DNA from: Bispira polyomma
Taxonomy: Eukaryota
Length of the DNA stretch: 64,000 nucleotides
Assembly (NCBI GenBank): GCA_965649765.1
Contig: OZ287754.1
Coordinates: forward strand, 50,654,001 to 50,718,000
Direction of reading: 5' to 3'
In this document: one piece after another, positions 25,929-38,959 of the stretch
Layout of the letters: each line of letters opens with the position of its first letter
How positions within the stretch are numbered: position 1 is the first letter of the stretch
Notes under the pieces: generated by a model
Told to the model about the DNA's origin: nothing
What the model saw: the letters and a program-made list of their open reading frames with translations, nothing else
Database searches by the model: none
Translations under genes and position numbers: made by a program

Positions 25929-27384
25929 GTGAGTCATAATTAGGTTAGTGATATGTATTTTATATATCAGTAAAAGCTTTTAGAGCTTTGGTTGTAAATT
26001 TGTGGTTGTCATAATTTCTTGAGTTATTTACAAGTTTTTCCTTGATAAAAATAGTATTTCATTTCTTCTTTTAAGATACAATGTATTGTGACGTATCAAC
26101 AAAATAGTAAGTTTACTAACATAGGCTCACTACAAACTATTTCCAATGATAAAAAAAAGTTCTATATGATAAATACTAATGTTGTTTTTTAGGTTTTTAA
26201 AACTTTTTAGACTATTTTCAATTTTTATTTTTAATTGTAGGCATGTTTCACCTGTACTTAACCATCCATATTTGAGGCAGTAGAAGTTTTAATTTTACAG
26301 TTAAATTTTAATACAGCTAAACCAATTAAAGTTGAACCTTCTCTGGACCAGAAGAAATGCTTCGACTAAAGCAACATTTCAACATAACAGGGACGTAGAT
26401 TCTTTAAAGCAAAATATTAGAGGGACTACAACTTTCAGCACAAAAGACAAATTGACTTAACAGAGTTCTACTTAAAGGAGACTAAGTTTTTCCATCTGTA
26501 AAGTCTAAAAATTTAGAGAAGGTATATACATACTTTACTTGCCAAAAAAGTTTTCCACTATATTTCTTGTGATGTTTTATTTAGTTTGTTAGTTGCCAGA
26601 CTTTGCAAACTTGCGATATTTTAGACTATTAACAGACTTAGTTATATCTACTTATTCGGTTGATATCTAAGTAAGTTATTTTGTTTTTATCTCTGAAAGT
26701 AAATATTTCAATTTCTACACAAGAACCTGTATTTAAATTCAATTTCAATTATCACAATATTGAGTGTGATAAACTCATTTTCCTCTTGTTGGTATTGACC
26801 TTTATTTTTCTTCTAAAATCGTGTCGACTTTTTAGAAACCTTATTTTTTTTTAGTAAAATCTTAACAAAGTTTTTTTTCACCCAAGATGTTCAAACAATA
26901 TAAGTGTTTTACTATATTTAAGTGTCATTCATATCCTCGGTCAAAAAAAAAATCTATAGTAAAAATTTATAGTAAGAATCCACGATAAGTTTATAAGGCT
27001 TTCAAACCAAAATAACACATTAGATGTTCCTCTAAAACCAAAATACCACAGATTTCTTTGTCTTAACACTAATTCTATAGTGTCCCTGCTCAAGTGTATA
27101 GAAATCTTATCTACTGCATCAGATGATACAGACAAAGCAGCTTCTCCTGAAGCTACTATAATGCTAGTCTTTGTATTAAAAAAAACCCACTTACTACTAT
27201 GCCTTGACTAAATACTTTGGGTAATTGTCATAATGGAGACTTAACATGATAACTTATTTTGTAGTTTTCAGATTTACAAAATTCATCAACCTTGTTATTG
27301 CATCAAATATATAAAATTAAATATAATCCAACAGTAAAATCAACCCACAGATTGTGTGTACAATGTATTTTACTGAAATGTATA

Positions 27385-27769
27385 TGTTACAGTAAATATG
27401 TGAAATCAGTAAATCACGTATTTACTGAAAATTTCAGTAAATATGCGTATTTACTGATTTTGTCAGTAAATACGTGTAATCCCTAAAAATTTCATATGAA
27501 TAAGAAAGACTGATGAATTCACCAAACACTGATATTTATCCTTTAAATGTCAATAAAACACTTGAATAAAATGTTCACATTACACATGTCTACTAAAATG
27601 ACCACCAATAAACTTGAGAAATAATGGAGGCCCAAAACCAGTAAGTACGCGTATGTACTGAAATTTTTAAGGATTACGCGTATTTACTGACCAAATCAGT
27701 AAATACGCATATTTACTGAACATTTCAGTAAATACACGTATTTACTGATTTTACATATTTACTGTAACA
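27385..27769. mobile_element. Ginger-type non-autonomous TIR element (MITE)
   Basis: TGTTACAG...CTGTAACA termini, TATA TSD, ~110-bp TIRs built from 'cagtaaatacgcgtatttactg' palindromes; same architecture as 54394-57573. Confidence 0.85.
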
Positions 27770-29699
27770 TATATATATTAAGTGAAAATTTTAGCAGGAT
27801 GAAAATTGAACTAATTACAAATTTTTAAGAAATCGACTAGAAATAATCAGTAATGGCCAGTTTTTCGCTAAACATAAATTTAAACTCTAAATTTTTATAT
27901 TTGGTATAGCTGAAAAAAAAAAACCAACTAAAAATTAGTTTCAAGTAAAAATTTCCACTTATACAGGCAAGTGCAGTAACATTATTATTGTAATACATTT
28001 GTTATCACCACTTAGGTTATGCATGTTTCAGTCTATCATCAGAGCGCTTAGAATATTCAAAACAACATCTTCAACTGTGACTTGATGTCATTGTCTTTAT
28101 TGCACTAAGTTGGTTGATTGATTGAAGCAAAAATTCTTGAGAACATTCCATGGAAGTCAAACAGAAATAACATATTGTGAGAGAATCATCATGTAAGACT
28201 CGATTAAGCTCAGGAATATAAGTACACAACACCTATATATATATAATCTAGTCTGGTAATCACAATGATTCTTTTTCTTAAATTTTTGTTTCAACCAATT
28301 TGATTGGCTGAAAATATTATTTTTTAAAAAAAAATGGATTTCTAAGAGTATTTGTGAATATACGGCTCATGGATTTCTAATATCCTAATATTCTTTTTTC
28401 TGAACTCATTAATTTTCAGCTTCTTCTTTTGTTATTATTGTACATACATTTGATTGTTAAAACTGGAATGAACAAAAATCTTGCTTATTCAACATGTTCA
28501 GATAAGACAGATTCTACTGCACTCTATACAATCCTTTACAAGAAACACATCGCTATATAAATTAAAATGATGTGACACCTAAAATATGTTTTGCTCAATT
28601 TAATGTCTGTCTTAAAAAGCAGTAATAATATTGGATTAAAATTGGACCTATTTATTTAATAGAACGACCTGTGTGTCTCCATCACAAATGTATTTCAACT
28701 TAAGGGAGTATTTGACTAAAACAGAGTTCCACTCAGGATGGTTCAGCTGAAACTCAGAGTTTATTGACAGGCATCCTTACACAACAATGTGTAAACATTG
28801 ATCATAGATCATTGAAGGAAGTTAAAAAAAATTAATCGCCACTCTGGCCCAGTGGGTAACAGACTGCATGGCTTAGTGACACAGAGGACCTGCATTTAAT
28901 CCCAGCAAATACATGGCGGCTTAAAGGACCATTTAATACATAGTGGGTCTTATCTCCAGTGACAGTCTAAAGAACCATACGGATATTGATAAATGGTCAT
29001 CCTCAAGCCTTCTCTATATTCAGTTTCAAGAATGACAGTTACTTGTGCTGAGTATAACTATGAATGCAAAACAAAGTAGACATCAAAACAATGACTTAAC
29101 CTTTTTGTATAGTTTGTGCATGTAGCAGGACATTCAAGCATTTTATGAACCCAATATTTCAGTTTTATTAAATGACTATACAAGTCTCCTGAATGACTTA
29201 CTTATTGTTCTATTTGACTGTATATTAGACTGTCTCTTCCATTTTATGAATTTCCTATAATACAAAACATAGAGTTCTACTCTTTCTTAATTTTGTTCAA
29301 GTAATAGAAGTTGTGCCTGCTGTGTTGTGTAAATAAAAACAACCCATGGCTTTATTTTTACATTCGTCTGGCTGAGAAAGTTGTTGGAGCTTTTGGGGGC
29401 AAGTTCTCAGTAGGTTTTTTGTTCAGTTGCAGCTACCAAAACCATTTCCACAGAATATCCATTAATTGTGGGCTGAAGCTATCTGCTACATTCTAGTTTT
29501 AGACGGTAGAAATAACTCTTGAAAGCACTTGTTTACAAGATAATAAAGATACTTTTTTTAGCTGCAGTATAATTAGTTCACTTGGGAAGGCTCTCTATAG
29601 ACTTTACCACACAAACCAGCACAGGGCCAAGCTGAAATTAAACTGGATTATTTTTATCAGGTGTACATAATTTTAACTGCATATGTGTAGTAAAGTTGT

Positions 29700-30340
29700 T
29701 GTTTTTTAATTGAGTTTTATTGTTACATTAAGATATTACAATACAATTAAATTACAGACATATACAAAATACAACATCACAATTTTACTTAAAACAAAAA
29801 ACTATAAAAAAACACATTTATCATATCAATACAGAATCAACCTTTTCAATTATTATAGATACATGTAATCTAATCGATTGAAGCTTTATTATTAATAGGT
29901 GCAAAAAATAAGGCGAAATGTTCTTTTAAAACTAATTGCTGTCTAGGGGTTGACCAAAGGAAACATTAAAAAATTAAATCTAGTTTTGTTATTTATATAC
30001 CATTTCCCTAGTAAAATCAGATAACCAAAATCTAAGCAGCCGCTAAACTTAAATTGATTGTTATAAAAAGGTATACTAAGTCATATTTCACATACTGTTA
30101 AGCAGAACTTTGTATCTAGATTTTTAGCCATCTAGGTCTCAAGATTTTTCCAGAAATTAACAGAAGAAACACAATGAAATAAATGAGGTTCTAAGGAATA
30201 TACGAGATGCTTGTCACAGTGTAGACAGATTGAAGATTCAGATATATTCCATGTGTTATAAATTCCAGACAAGAGAATTTTTGAAAAGGATTTTGTAAAT
30301 ATACAGATATGTTCCAAATTAAAAGGCAATTTTCTCAACC
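29700..30340 (-). mobile_element. 3' fragment of L1/Tx1-type LINE
   Basis: C-terminal zinc-knuckle remnant CLHC...EPHLFHC..VNFWK; AATAAA and A-rich tail on - at ~29700-29721. Confidence 0.65.
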
Positions 30341-30955
30341 GAGTTCTACTTAAAAGGGGGTTTTAGTGCATTCTAACTTTTATTTCTTGATTAATTTACA
30401 TTCTAATCTATTGAAGCTGGTTAAGCATATATTGAAAGGTAAAGTTATATATACCTAATAACTTGGTAATCTTATTAGTAATAAGACCCTTTGAAAACAA
30501 GCATTGATTCCAAAAATTCTCTTATATGGTGAACTTGAGGTATTTTACCTCTTATATAAAAACTTGATGTTAAGTAATGTGAGATATTCATCATTACTTC
30601 TTTTTGGACAAAAAGAGGGGGGGGGGGGCATAAGGTCATACAGTAAAGAACTTAAAATGTGCCACATATTTAATATTAGCCACAGGTAATAGCACCCCAT
30701 CCTACCCCCAACTCCCCACCCCCGCCCCCCCACCCCCCCCAAAAAAAAGAAAAAAAAAGAAAAACATTTCTTCCAGATATTAGTTAACTTAATATTAGGT
30801 GATTATAAGTTGACTTCTGCAGATGTGAAATTACACCCAAAGTTTATTTAAGCTATGCAGAATCTACTCTACTGCAAAGTTTGAAAAATTTTAATGTTAA
30901 GGTTTTTGTTTACACTTTCCAGTTTGTCCTTTCGTGGTACCTGGGCCCAGTCAAC

Positions 30956-31070
30956 ATGCCTTTTGTCCCTCCAGTTGGCGCTAAGTGTCCTGCCTGCGAC
31001 AAGTCAGTCTATGACAATGAGGCCAAGCTTGCTGCATCAGCCAAGTGGCATCCCATGTGCTTCAAGTGTG
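30956..31070 (+). CDS. CSRP: Cysteine-rich protein / muscle LIM protein, coding exon 1 (MPFVPPVGAKCPACDKSVYDNEAKLAASAKWHPMCFKC)
   Basis: LIM1 CxxC..WHxxCFxC; acceptor at 30922, ATG 30956, donor G|GTAGGT 31071 (phase 1). Confidence 0.93.
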
Positions 31071-32884
31071 GTAGGTTGTCATTTATATTGATCCAATCTA
31101 ACTTTTATAATGCTTATCTAAAGCCAACAGGTTCTAAAGCAACAGAATTTTAGTCTCTGATACCAGAACCAGTTAAGGATTGGATCCTATGTCTTCTCTG
31201 TCACAGCACCAACCCTGTGGAATAATTTACCAGCCTATAGAAGATCCTAGGAAACCCGCTCTGGTCTCAGGAGCAACCTTAAGACTCATCTCTTTACCCT
31301 TACTTGCTTCACCCCTCCATAGACAACTTTCTCCTCCACGTCACCCTGATCATATTTGCATTGGAAACAGACTACGATTTAACAACTGTGTCAATGATGT
31401 TGCGCTTTAGAAGATGCCTGGCATCAATTAGTCACTTTAAAAATGGATTTAAAAAAAGTAATTCAAAACTTTTTTTCCACCATTAAATCTAGTGGCCGTG
31501 ATATGAGCTAAGCTATTGAAAGCGACGTAAAAGCCCAACTAAATTAAAACTAAAATACTACTGTAATATTTTAACTGGCTCAAATACAGCACAACCTCCA
31601 CCAGTTAAAATTCTGTTTTTCAAACGAAGCATTTCAGTTTGATCAGTATATTACCATTACTATATTTTCAAATACTTCTTTTAGTGCTCTTCAGTTATTT
31701 AAATAAAATCTTTCTTCTTCCAAGATATTCGTATAATAGAGATTTTTCATCACTTAAAGTTGCTTAACACAACACAATGAGACTATTTTGCATTAAACAC
31801 TTTTTCGAAATGACTTATAGTAACTTAGGGGTAAGTTTGTGTATGTAATGGTATCAAAATCAGTTATTACCTAGGTGAGTTCTAATAATTCGAATTGACA
31901 GTTCAGAAGTTGCAATAGTATTATTTTTGCACTAATATTTACAACAACCTTATTGTTAATACTGTTATTATACTTCAAATGTGGTCATATACTTTATTTA
32001 TATTGTCATTGAGATCACTAGAATTTTAAATTTGCTGAAATAGAGATTTTTGTGACTATATTGGCTTACTTACTCACTTTCCTTATACTATATTGATATG
32101 GCTTAAAGTTTAGGGGGGTGTGGGCGAATTTCAGATGCAGTGGTGAATCTCAGATTCCTTACTCTCTATATATTAAGTATGAGTGCTTTGAATGGTGAAG
32201 AGTTTATTCAGAGTCTAGGGAGGATAAATTCAACTGACAAAAAAAGCCCATTAGAGTAGATCTGGAACTATTTGTACAACTGCCAGTAATCCTGACACAT
32301 ACACACTGCTCAGAGGAAGTACATTCTTGGATAATTATAGGGCAGCAGAAGAGAAGCTAGTAGCAGTAGCAGTGATAGTCAGCAGAGCCTGTTCATTGCT
32401 GCTGCTGCTGCTGTTTTGTAGTGTCAGAACTTTTCATTGGCCAAGGAACAAAACAACAACTGCCAATATATATAGTAGCCTTGCTAAGTGGCTCAAACAA
32501 AGGAGGGTGTTAATTATAGCTGTTATTGTTAAAGAGCACATTTGTACCAGCACAGGATTTCACAGGTCAGATCATTTATGTGAAAAATGTGTAAATCTTT
32601 GTGTAAATCATGCTCAAACACAAAACTGTACAAAGTTGTCCCAGAACATCAAAAGTTTTCTTTACTTTTTAGACCACATTTGGCATTATTATTTGCTTTA
32701 CAGGAACTTGAAAGTTTATTTAAAGAGTGTCTTATTTAACTATTATAATAATAACAAGTTTTGTGGGTGGGGCCTAAAATGGGCCTTTGGAGCATCGCTC
32801 CTTCTATAAACTTGTGTTTTTTGATTTAAAAACATGTGTGAGCAGAAAAATGTTCTACTGTGTTCTCTGCAAGTGAAACTGCCT

Positions 32885-33180
32885 ATCGTGATCCCCAGTG
32901 GTGAGGGTGTTAGTTTTATCATCAGAAGGTCCCCGGTTCTATTCCTGGTACTGGCCGCTAGTTGCATTTGACGGGGTAACATCCTTAGGCAAGATGCAAA
33001 CCAAAGTTTGCCTAGTGGTTTAAAATGGTGGTCATCTCTCACTGATCCTTGGGGACGTTAATAAATGGTCATCCTCAAGCAAGCCTTTGCACCCATAGTG
33101 GCTGCCCATGAAGAAGCGCATTTGACACGGCCCTGTGCTGTGTAAGTGCACCATAACAAATGTCCTATTTTATTTTCATT
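32885..33180 (+). mobile_element. tRNA-derived SINE (V-SINE-like), in the CSRP intron
   Basis: Degenerate A/B boxes (cagtggtgag, ggttctattcct) and 'catccttaggcaagatg' core shared with 23745-24010. Confidence 0.6.
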
Positions 33181-34699
33181 TTATCATTTCAGGTATGACA
33201 CAACACATGCTGAATGCGACGTTAAACCCAATTGCTAATCTAATTTAATTTATCAGTGAATATTCTCCTCCCCCTCTCTCTCCTAGACCCTCCTAGAGTT
33301 ATAGGTACATAGGCAGAATATATTGAGCTTTAATGTGGTCTCCACTCCCAAATAGTTGGCATATTCTTAGGTTATGCATGAGAAAATCCACAATTTGTGG
33401 CCCTCTAAATAGAACTGTGATGTCAGAATTAGACACTATAGTTTAAAGGAGAAATAGGAAAGGATAAATATTAAAATAAATTCAGGTTAAGCTTGAGCTG
33501 ATCTTTAAAAAAATTCATAGTAATTTGTACGGCTTTGCTTAATGTTTCAAAATTTGAGTTAAATCTCCAAATCTATATAAGTGAAACAAGTTTTACATTT
33601 TCTTTTTAACCTATGTAAACAGTTTTAAGCGCTGAGTTGTCAAATTTAAATGAAAAAATAATTGACTCTTCCAAAACGTGTTAACATTAAACTATACCAA
33701 TATAATTGTAACAAAATTGATAAATTGTTTATTCTACTCTCCTCCAAGAGTAGATCGAGTATTAACCTCCCCGACAATTTTTTTTTTTTACAAAATACTT
33801 AACCAGATACCAGACATTACACATACTACAAAAACAACAGAAGTTTGGAATTAATATTGCAATGCTTGTACAAATGAAAACAGATAATTCCTTATCTCCC
33901 GACTTTACTGAGCCTATTAGCATACTTTTATTATGCAGTCAAAGGGAAGAAAACCTTTCTGTGAGCAATATGTAGTGTACTCTTAAAGTTACTTACTGAA
34001 GGTTTAGTTTTGACTAGGGTGCATGTGCATGATGGTTATACACAAATATGCCTAATTTTACCATGCGTATATATGCCTTTGAGTTTCTGAGGAAAGATGA
34101 TAAGACTAAAAGTTAATTTAATTCTTACAGTCACCAGACTTATATATGATCCTTCACCCCTTCCCTAAATATATCCTTTGTTCAAGGAATTTAACTGGAA
34201 ATCCAGCTTTGGGTAGAACCATTTTAATTTGAACCTCGAGGGACCAGGAGAAATATCCCTCTACCAGGATTTTCCACTTAACAGAGTAGATTTTGAAAGA
34301 GAAGGCTTTGGTGAGACTACAAACTCTAACCTACTCGACAACAAGATTCTGCAATGACAAACTCCACCAGTATAATCAACATATATACAATTCTTATCCT
34401 GCAGCAACGTTTTTATTTTATAAATTGCTTGACAAATCCTACAACTATATAATTACACAGAATCTTAAAAAAAATTAAATGAGGTGTACTGATCGAAACA
34501 AATAAGTCACTTACGTCACTTGCATTACGTCACTTGCATTTTAAACTATTCAACTAAACGTAAAATTTCACTTATTACAGTATATGTCATTTGTTTGATG
34601 ACATTTGTTTTGGTATACTGAACAAAATAAGTAGTAGTGAAGACTTTGCTGAACTGGTGCCGAGTTGGTTGGTAGCGAGTTTGCTTTGGTGATCTTGTG

Positions 34700-35100
34700 G
34701 TGTCCTGAGGCCTAGCGGTTTTACAGGAGTATGTCTAGTGATCAGAAGGTACCTAGTTAGACTTCAGGTTTGGGCAGATGGTCTAGTGATTTGAAAGGTT
34801 GCCGGTATAACTTCAGGTTTGGCCAGTTGTTCTGATGGTCTAGTTTATTGTACACCTGGTTCGACTTTAGGTTTGGGCAGTTGGTCTGGTGATTTAGAAG
34901 GTTGCCGGTTCGACTCTCGCCAATACTGTTAGGTTCATTGATAGGATGACATCCTTTGACAAGATGTGAACATGCTATTACCTAATGATGATGACCCATG
35001 CTATGCTGTATATAGGACCATATGCTTAGTTTAGTTGGATTGAGTTGTTGCAGCATTTTAGAAGATGCCTCGCCTCAATGAAGCGTGTATTTTTATGTAA
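34700..35100 (+). mobile_element. SINE with tandemly amplified tRNA-head/B-box segment
   Basis: ~46-58 bp unit 'gtctagtgat..gaaggt..ccggttcgact.caggtttgggcag' x4 (34733-34918), then the core 'catcctttgacaagatgtgaaca'. Confidence 0.62.
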
Positions 35101-35152
35101 ATTTACATACATATTCAAGGGGTCAACTGTATATTATTTTGACCACACACAG

Positions 35153-35318
35153 GTGACTGCAACAAGATGCTTGACAGCACCACTGTGGCTGCCCAGGGCG
35201 TAGGCAAGATCTTCTGCAAGCAGTGCCACGGCAAGAAGTTTGGAACTAAAGGATATGGATTTGGGGGAGGAGCAGCAGGACTAGGCACTGAAACGACTGG
35301 CAATCCATCTGATATTAG
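35153..35318 (+). CDS. CSRP: CSRP/MLP coding exon 2 (GDCNKMLDSTT..IFCKQCHGKKFGTKGYGFGGGAAGL..)
   Basis: Completes LIM1 and adds the diagnostic CRP glycine-rich GxKGYGFGGGAxxL motif; CAG acceptor 35152, GT donor 35319; phases fit. Confidence 0.95.
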
Positions 35319-36746
35319 GTATATAAGTTGTTGTATTATTGTATTCAAATGTAAACTTAAATGTACATTTTTCTACCTTTATCAGGTGCTTCATTAAAAC
35401 AAATCCTTACACTTGACATCTCCTGCTTCAATCTCAATTTTCTTGATTTTCTTTCTTAGTCATGGAATAAGTTGAGTTTACTTATATTTGGTGTCTCAGG
35501 GGATGGGGGTGGGTGGCGGTGAGATTAGGATCAACTGTGGCAGTGGAAGCTAATGAGCTTTACGAAGAGAACTTTTATCCCATGATCCAAGAAAATGCAA
35601 TAGATTATATATACCCTAATGAAGAGCTTTATACAAACTTTTGTTTCAGCAAGCCTGACTGTAATTTAAGTTTACACATAAACTCACAGCTTGAGTTCAT
35701 ACTCACTTGAGATCACGTTCATTTTTGTTAATACAGCCCTTAGTATGCAAAGCCATAATTAATCTTTTTTGGGCCAACCAGAACCAGTAACTGCCATTCT
35801 ATTGACTGAAAAGAAAGGCTTGATGATGACCAATTATCAACTTCCTAAAGGTTCTCTTAGTCTGCCACTGAGAATATGACCCAATGACAGAACACCTACA
35901 TATTAATTGAGCATCCAAGCCACTGTATGTATGTATTTGCCCCTGTGAGGCTGCTGAGATCAAATACAGGTCCATTGTGTTCCCGAGTCAGTGTGTTATC
36001 CACTAGGCCACATTGGTAGAGTGACACTAGCGAATGACAAATCCTTGAAACAATCATTCTTACATTCAAACAGAAGGGCGAGCAAGATTTCATATTTTAC
36101 AAACTTTCTAAAACTGCCTTGAAACTATTGGAAATTACAAACTTCAGGGAGTGTGGAAATGAGCTGGATAAAATAGAGTTTCTGATTTAGGCGAAGATAG
36201 TGACACTTGTTTCAGATAATATATACTATAGTAACTCTTTTTATAAATAATGATCACCTTTCTCTTTGTATTTATCCAAACAAATGTTGTTTCAGTTAAA
36301 ACTATAAGAAAATTTAAAACTGTAAATAATTTTCAATTTAGTACAATCAAAGTTAAAAAAAAACAACAAATGAGTGTTTTTTTTCAATGGGAACAAACGT
36401 GCATTCATCACATAAAAATAAAAGGTATTCAGACATATGAAGAACAGCACAGATAGAGATTGTAATAAGTGTAAAAATAACTGGTAAAGAAGTATGTGCT
36501 AGCAGCTGTGATTGTGATTGTTTTGGACAAAACTACTGTGACTGCCTTAGAATATAAACAATTATCTAAAAGAGAGAAATAACTATGGCTTCATTATGGC
36601 ATTATGATTATATCTTCATTTTAATTGCATATACCATTATCAGTCTGCAAATACAGACTATTAGAGCTTTGCTTGTGTTTCATCACACCTTGTTGTTATG
36701 TTACTAAGCTAGGGCAATATGACTCAATTGTATGATCACGTTTCAG

Positions 36747-36852
36747 AGAACGTGTGACCGCTGCTACTATTAGTGGTCCTGTGGTAGAAGGTGGCTGCCC
36801 CAGATGTGGAAAGAGGGTTTACGAAGCTGAGAAGAAAGTTGGAGCTGGAAGA
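36747..36852 (+). CDS. CSRP: CSRP/MLP coding exon 3 (..GGCPRCGKRVYEAEKKVGAGR)
   Basis: LIM2 start; tttcag acceptor 36746, AGA|GTGAGT donor 36853. Confidence 0.93.
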
Positions 36853-37965
36853 GTGAGTAGTTATTTTGACAATATTACTACAATAACATGTTTTTATAGG
36901 GTATTATCTGTGTTCTGGGCAGCCCAACAAGCTAACATATTGGCATTTTTATTGTATAGTACATTGAACTGTTACATTTTAGTCCATACATATGTATATA
37001 CCTTTCAGTTTTGATGTTATTTTGGAACATTGCCAAGGTATTATAATAAGTGTGAAAGCCTATCAAAAGCATATCGCACATACAAATTATGTTACTACTA
37101 GCTCTTATAAGAATTCATTATACATAATTTAATTTGATACCCTGTTGGTAAATATAAGTGTTTTGGCCCGGTCACAAATGAACATGAATCAACCAGTCAA
37201 AAATAAACATTAGACCTATTCAAGTGACAAAGCGTTAAGCACCTTTTTACCTGTTGAGCGTATTTTCTATTCAAGTGGCCACTTTGAAACTTTCTGTTGA
37301 GCATAAAGTTTTAACAAAAATATCTGCGAATATTATGTACTCAACAGGGACGCTGTAATCTGATTGGCCCTTTGTCTAAGTTTATGTATTGCCACTAACT
37401 TAACAAAATCGTATTTGAGTGGACCTACAAAATTCAGTAAATTGTGCTCAGCGAAGATGATGAAAAAGTGCTCAACAGAAATTACCACTCGAATACTGCA
37501 ATAATGAGGCCAGTCATTAACTAACTAAAATATGTACAGTATGTATAATAAAATTACAGGCTGGAAGATATTGCAACAATCCTTTCGGGATAGATATACA
37601 TGTACTTAGACAATAGTAATATAAAATATACTACAGGAGTAATTGATACTACATATTATCTTCTGTTTTCTGAATATTCAGTTTTATTGGACAGATTCCC
37701 ACTCTTCCAAATTCGATATTGTTCTATTAAGCTGCAGTAACTCCAGTCTTTGATAAATCTTCTATTATCCAATCACCACCTGACTCTACCAGTATATTTA
37801 TTTAGGAGTTATAGGGGATCACGTAAATGTTAATAGAGATAATAATATATGAGTATATTGATGTAATAGTTATCCTTGTAAATAACCATTTGACTAAGGA
37901 GTTATTAAAATATTTCGTTCTGCAGTTTGTACAATTCAGCACTGTTCTTACTTATTGTCTTTCAG

Positions 37966-38059
37966 GACTGGCACAAATCGTGCTTCAACTGCAAGAACTG
38001 CAAAAAGAGTTTGGACTCTTCTACCATTAATGAGAAGGAGGGCGAAATCTTCTGCAAAA
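37966..38059 (+). CDS. CSRP: CSRP/MLP coding exon 4 ([31 protein letters not shown])
   Basis: LIM2 core; tttcag acceptor 37965, GTAAAT donor 38060. Confidence 0.93.
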
Positions 38060-38343
38060 GTAAATATTCATCATAACTATACTCTTATCATACATTATTT
38101 ACAGTTACAAATTTACACTGTTATTAACTCCATGCAATTCAGGCATAATATAAATTATAGATAAACACATCGCGTCACTTAAAACTTAACCAAAAATAAC
38201 ATTTTTGAATGAAATGTAAAAAAATGTACAAAAATTTTATATGCCAATACAATGACAAATTATACATCCTATCTGATACTAGGTAAATGATATATGGTTT
38301 TTTAGCTCAACAATTCATGGTAGATAAATGTGACCATATTATG

Positions 38344-38347
<4 letters not shown>

Positions 38348-38417
<70 letters not shown>
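38348..38417. repeat. (TA)n microsatellite
   Basis: ~35 TA units in the last CSRP intron. Confidence 0.98.
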
Positions 38418-38419
<2 letters not shown>

Positions 38420-38586
38420 GCAAAGGTCAATAAACTTAAACTTTAACAGGTAACAGAAAAAACAGTGTTTGTCCAGGGAAATGGTTTTTAAAGGTTTTAA
38501 CTACAAAGATTTATATTTACAGGAATAATATTTACATTTGTGCCACAGTATTGTAATGTAAAATTCCTTTATTCTTTCTATTTTAG

Positions 38587-38627
38587 GTTGTTATGCAAAA
38601 TCTTTTGGTCCACACGGCAAAATATAA
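38587..38627 (+). CDS. CSRP: CSRP/MLP last coding exon (SCYAKSFGPHGKI*)
   Basis: ttttag acceptor 38586; supplies the last LIM2 Cys; TAA 38625-38627; total CDS 522 nt = 173 aa + stop. Confidence 0.9.
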
Positions 38628-38946
38628 ACTGGGATCATGAAGCTTTGAGAAATAGATGTTACAGACTTCTTGCTACTGGTTTTGTTTTACACTTGTACAT
38701 TATATATTGAAGTTATTGTCTTTCACTGTTAGTGTATATATATTTTCTTTTCTCTCAAAAAATCTTTTGGTCCACACGGCAAAATATAAACTGGGATCAT
38801 GAAGCTTTGAGAAATAGTTAAGCCAATCACACAAAAGACACAAAGGTGTTACAGACTTCTTGCTACTGTTTTTATTTCACATTTGTACATTATATATTGA
38901 GGTTATTGCCTTTTACTGTTAGTGTATATGTATTTTCTTTTCTCTC
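38597..38946 (+). repeat. Tandem duplication of the CSRP last-exon coding end plus 3' UTR
   Basis: 'aaaatcttttggtccacacggcaaaatataaactgggatcatgaagctttgagaaatag...ttttcttttctctc' at 38597-38756 and 38759-38946; the second copy has ~28 extra nt. Confidence 0.92.
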
Positions 38947-38953
38947 CTTTTTT

Positions 38954-38959
38954 AATAAA
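38954..38959 (+). terminator. Probable polyadenylation signal of CSRP
   Basis: First AATAAA seen after the stop codon, followed by GT/T-rich sequence. Confidence 0.6.

Noticed and set aside
24770-28780. Several TACAG-start Tc1/mariner-like MITE scraps (~24774, ~26312, ~28640)
   Set aside because: Too decayed to assign boundaries reliably.
32327-32809. 160-aa ORF in the CSRP intron
   Set aside because: TTG start, low complexity, no recognisable domain; the same applies to most short ORFs in the track, which are antisense or shifted frames of TE genes.
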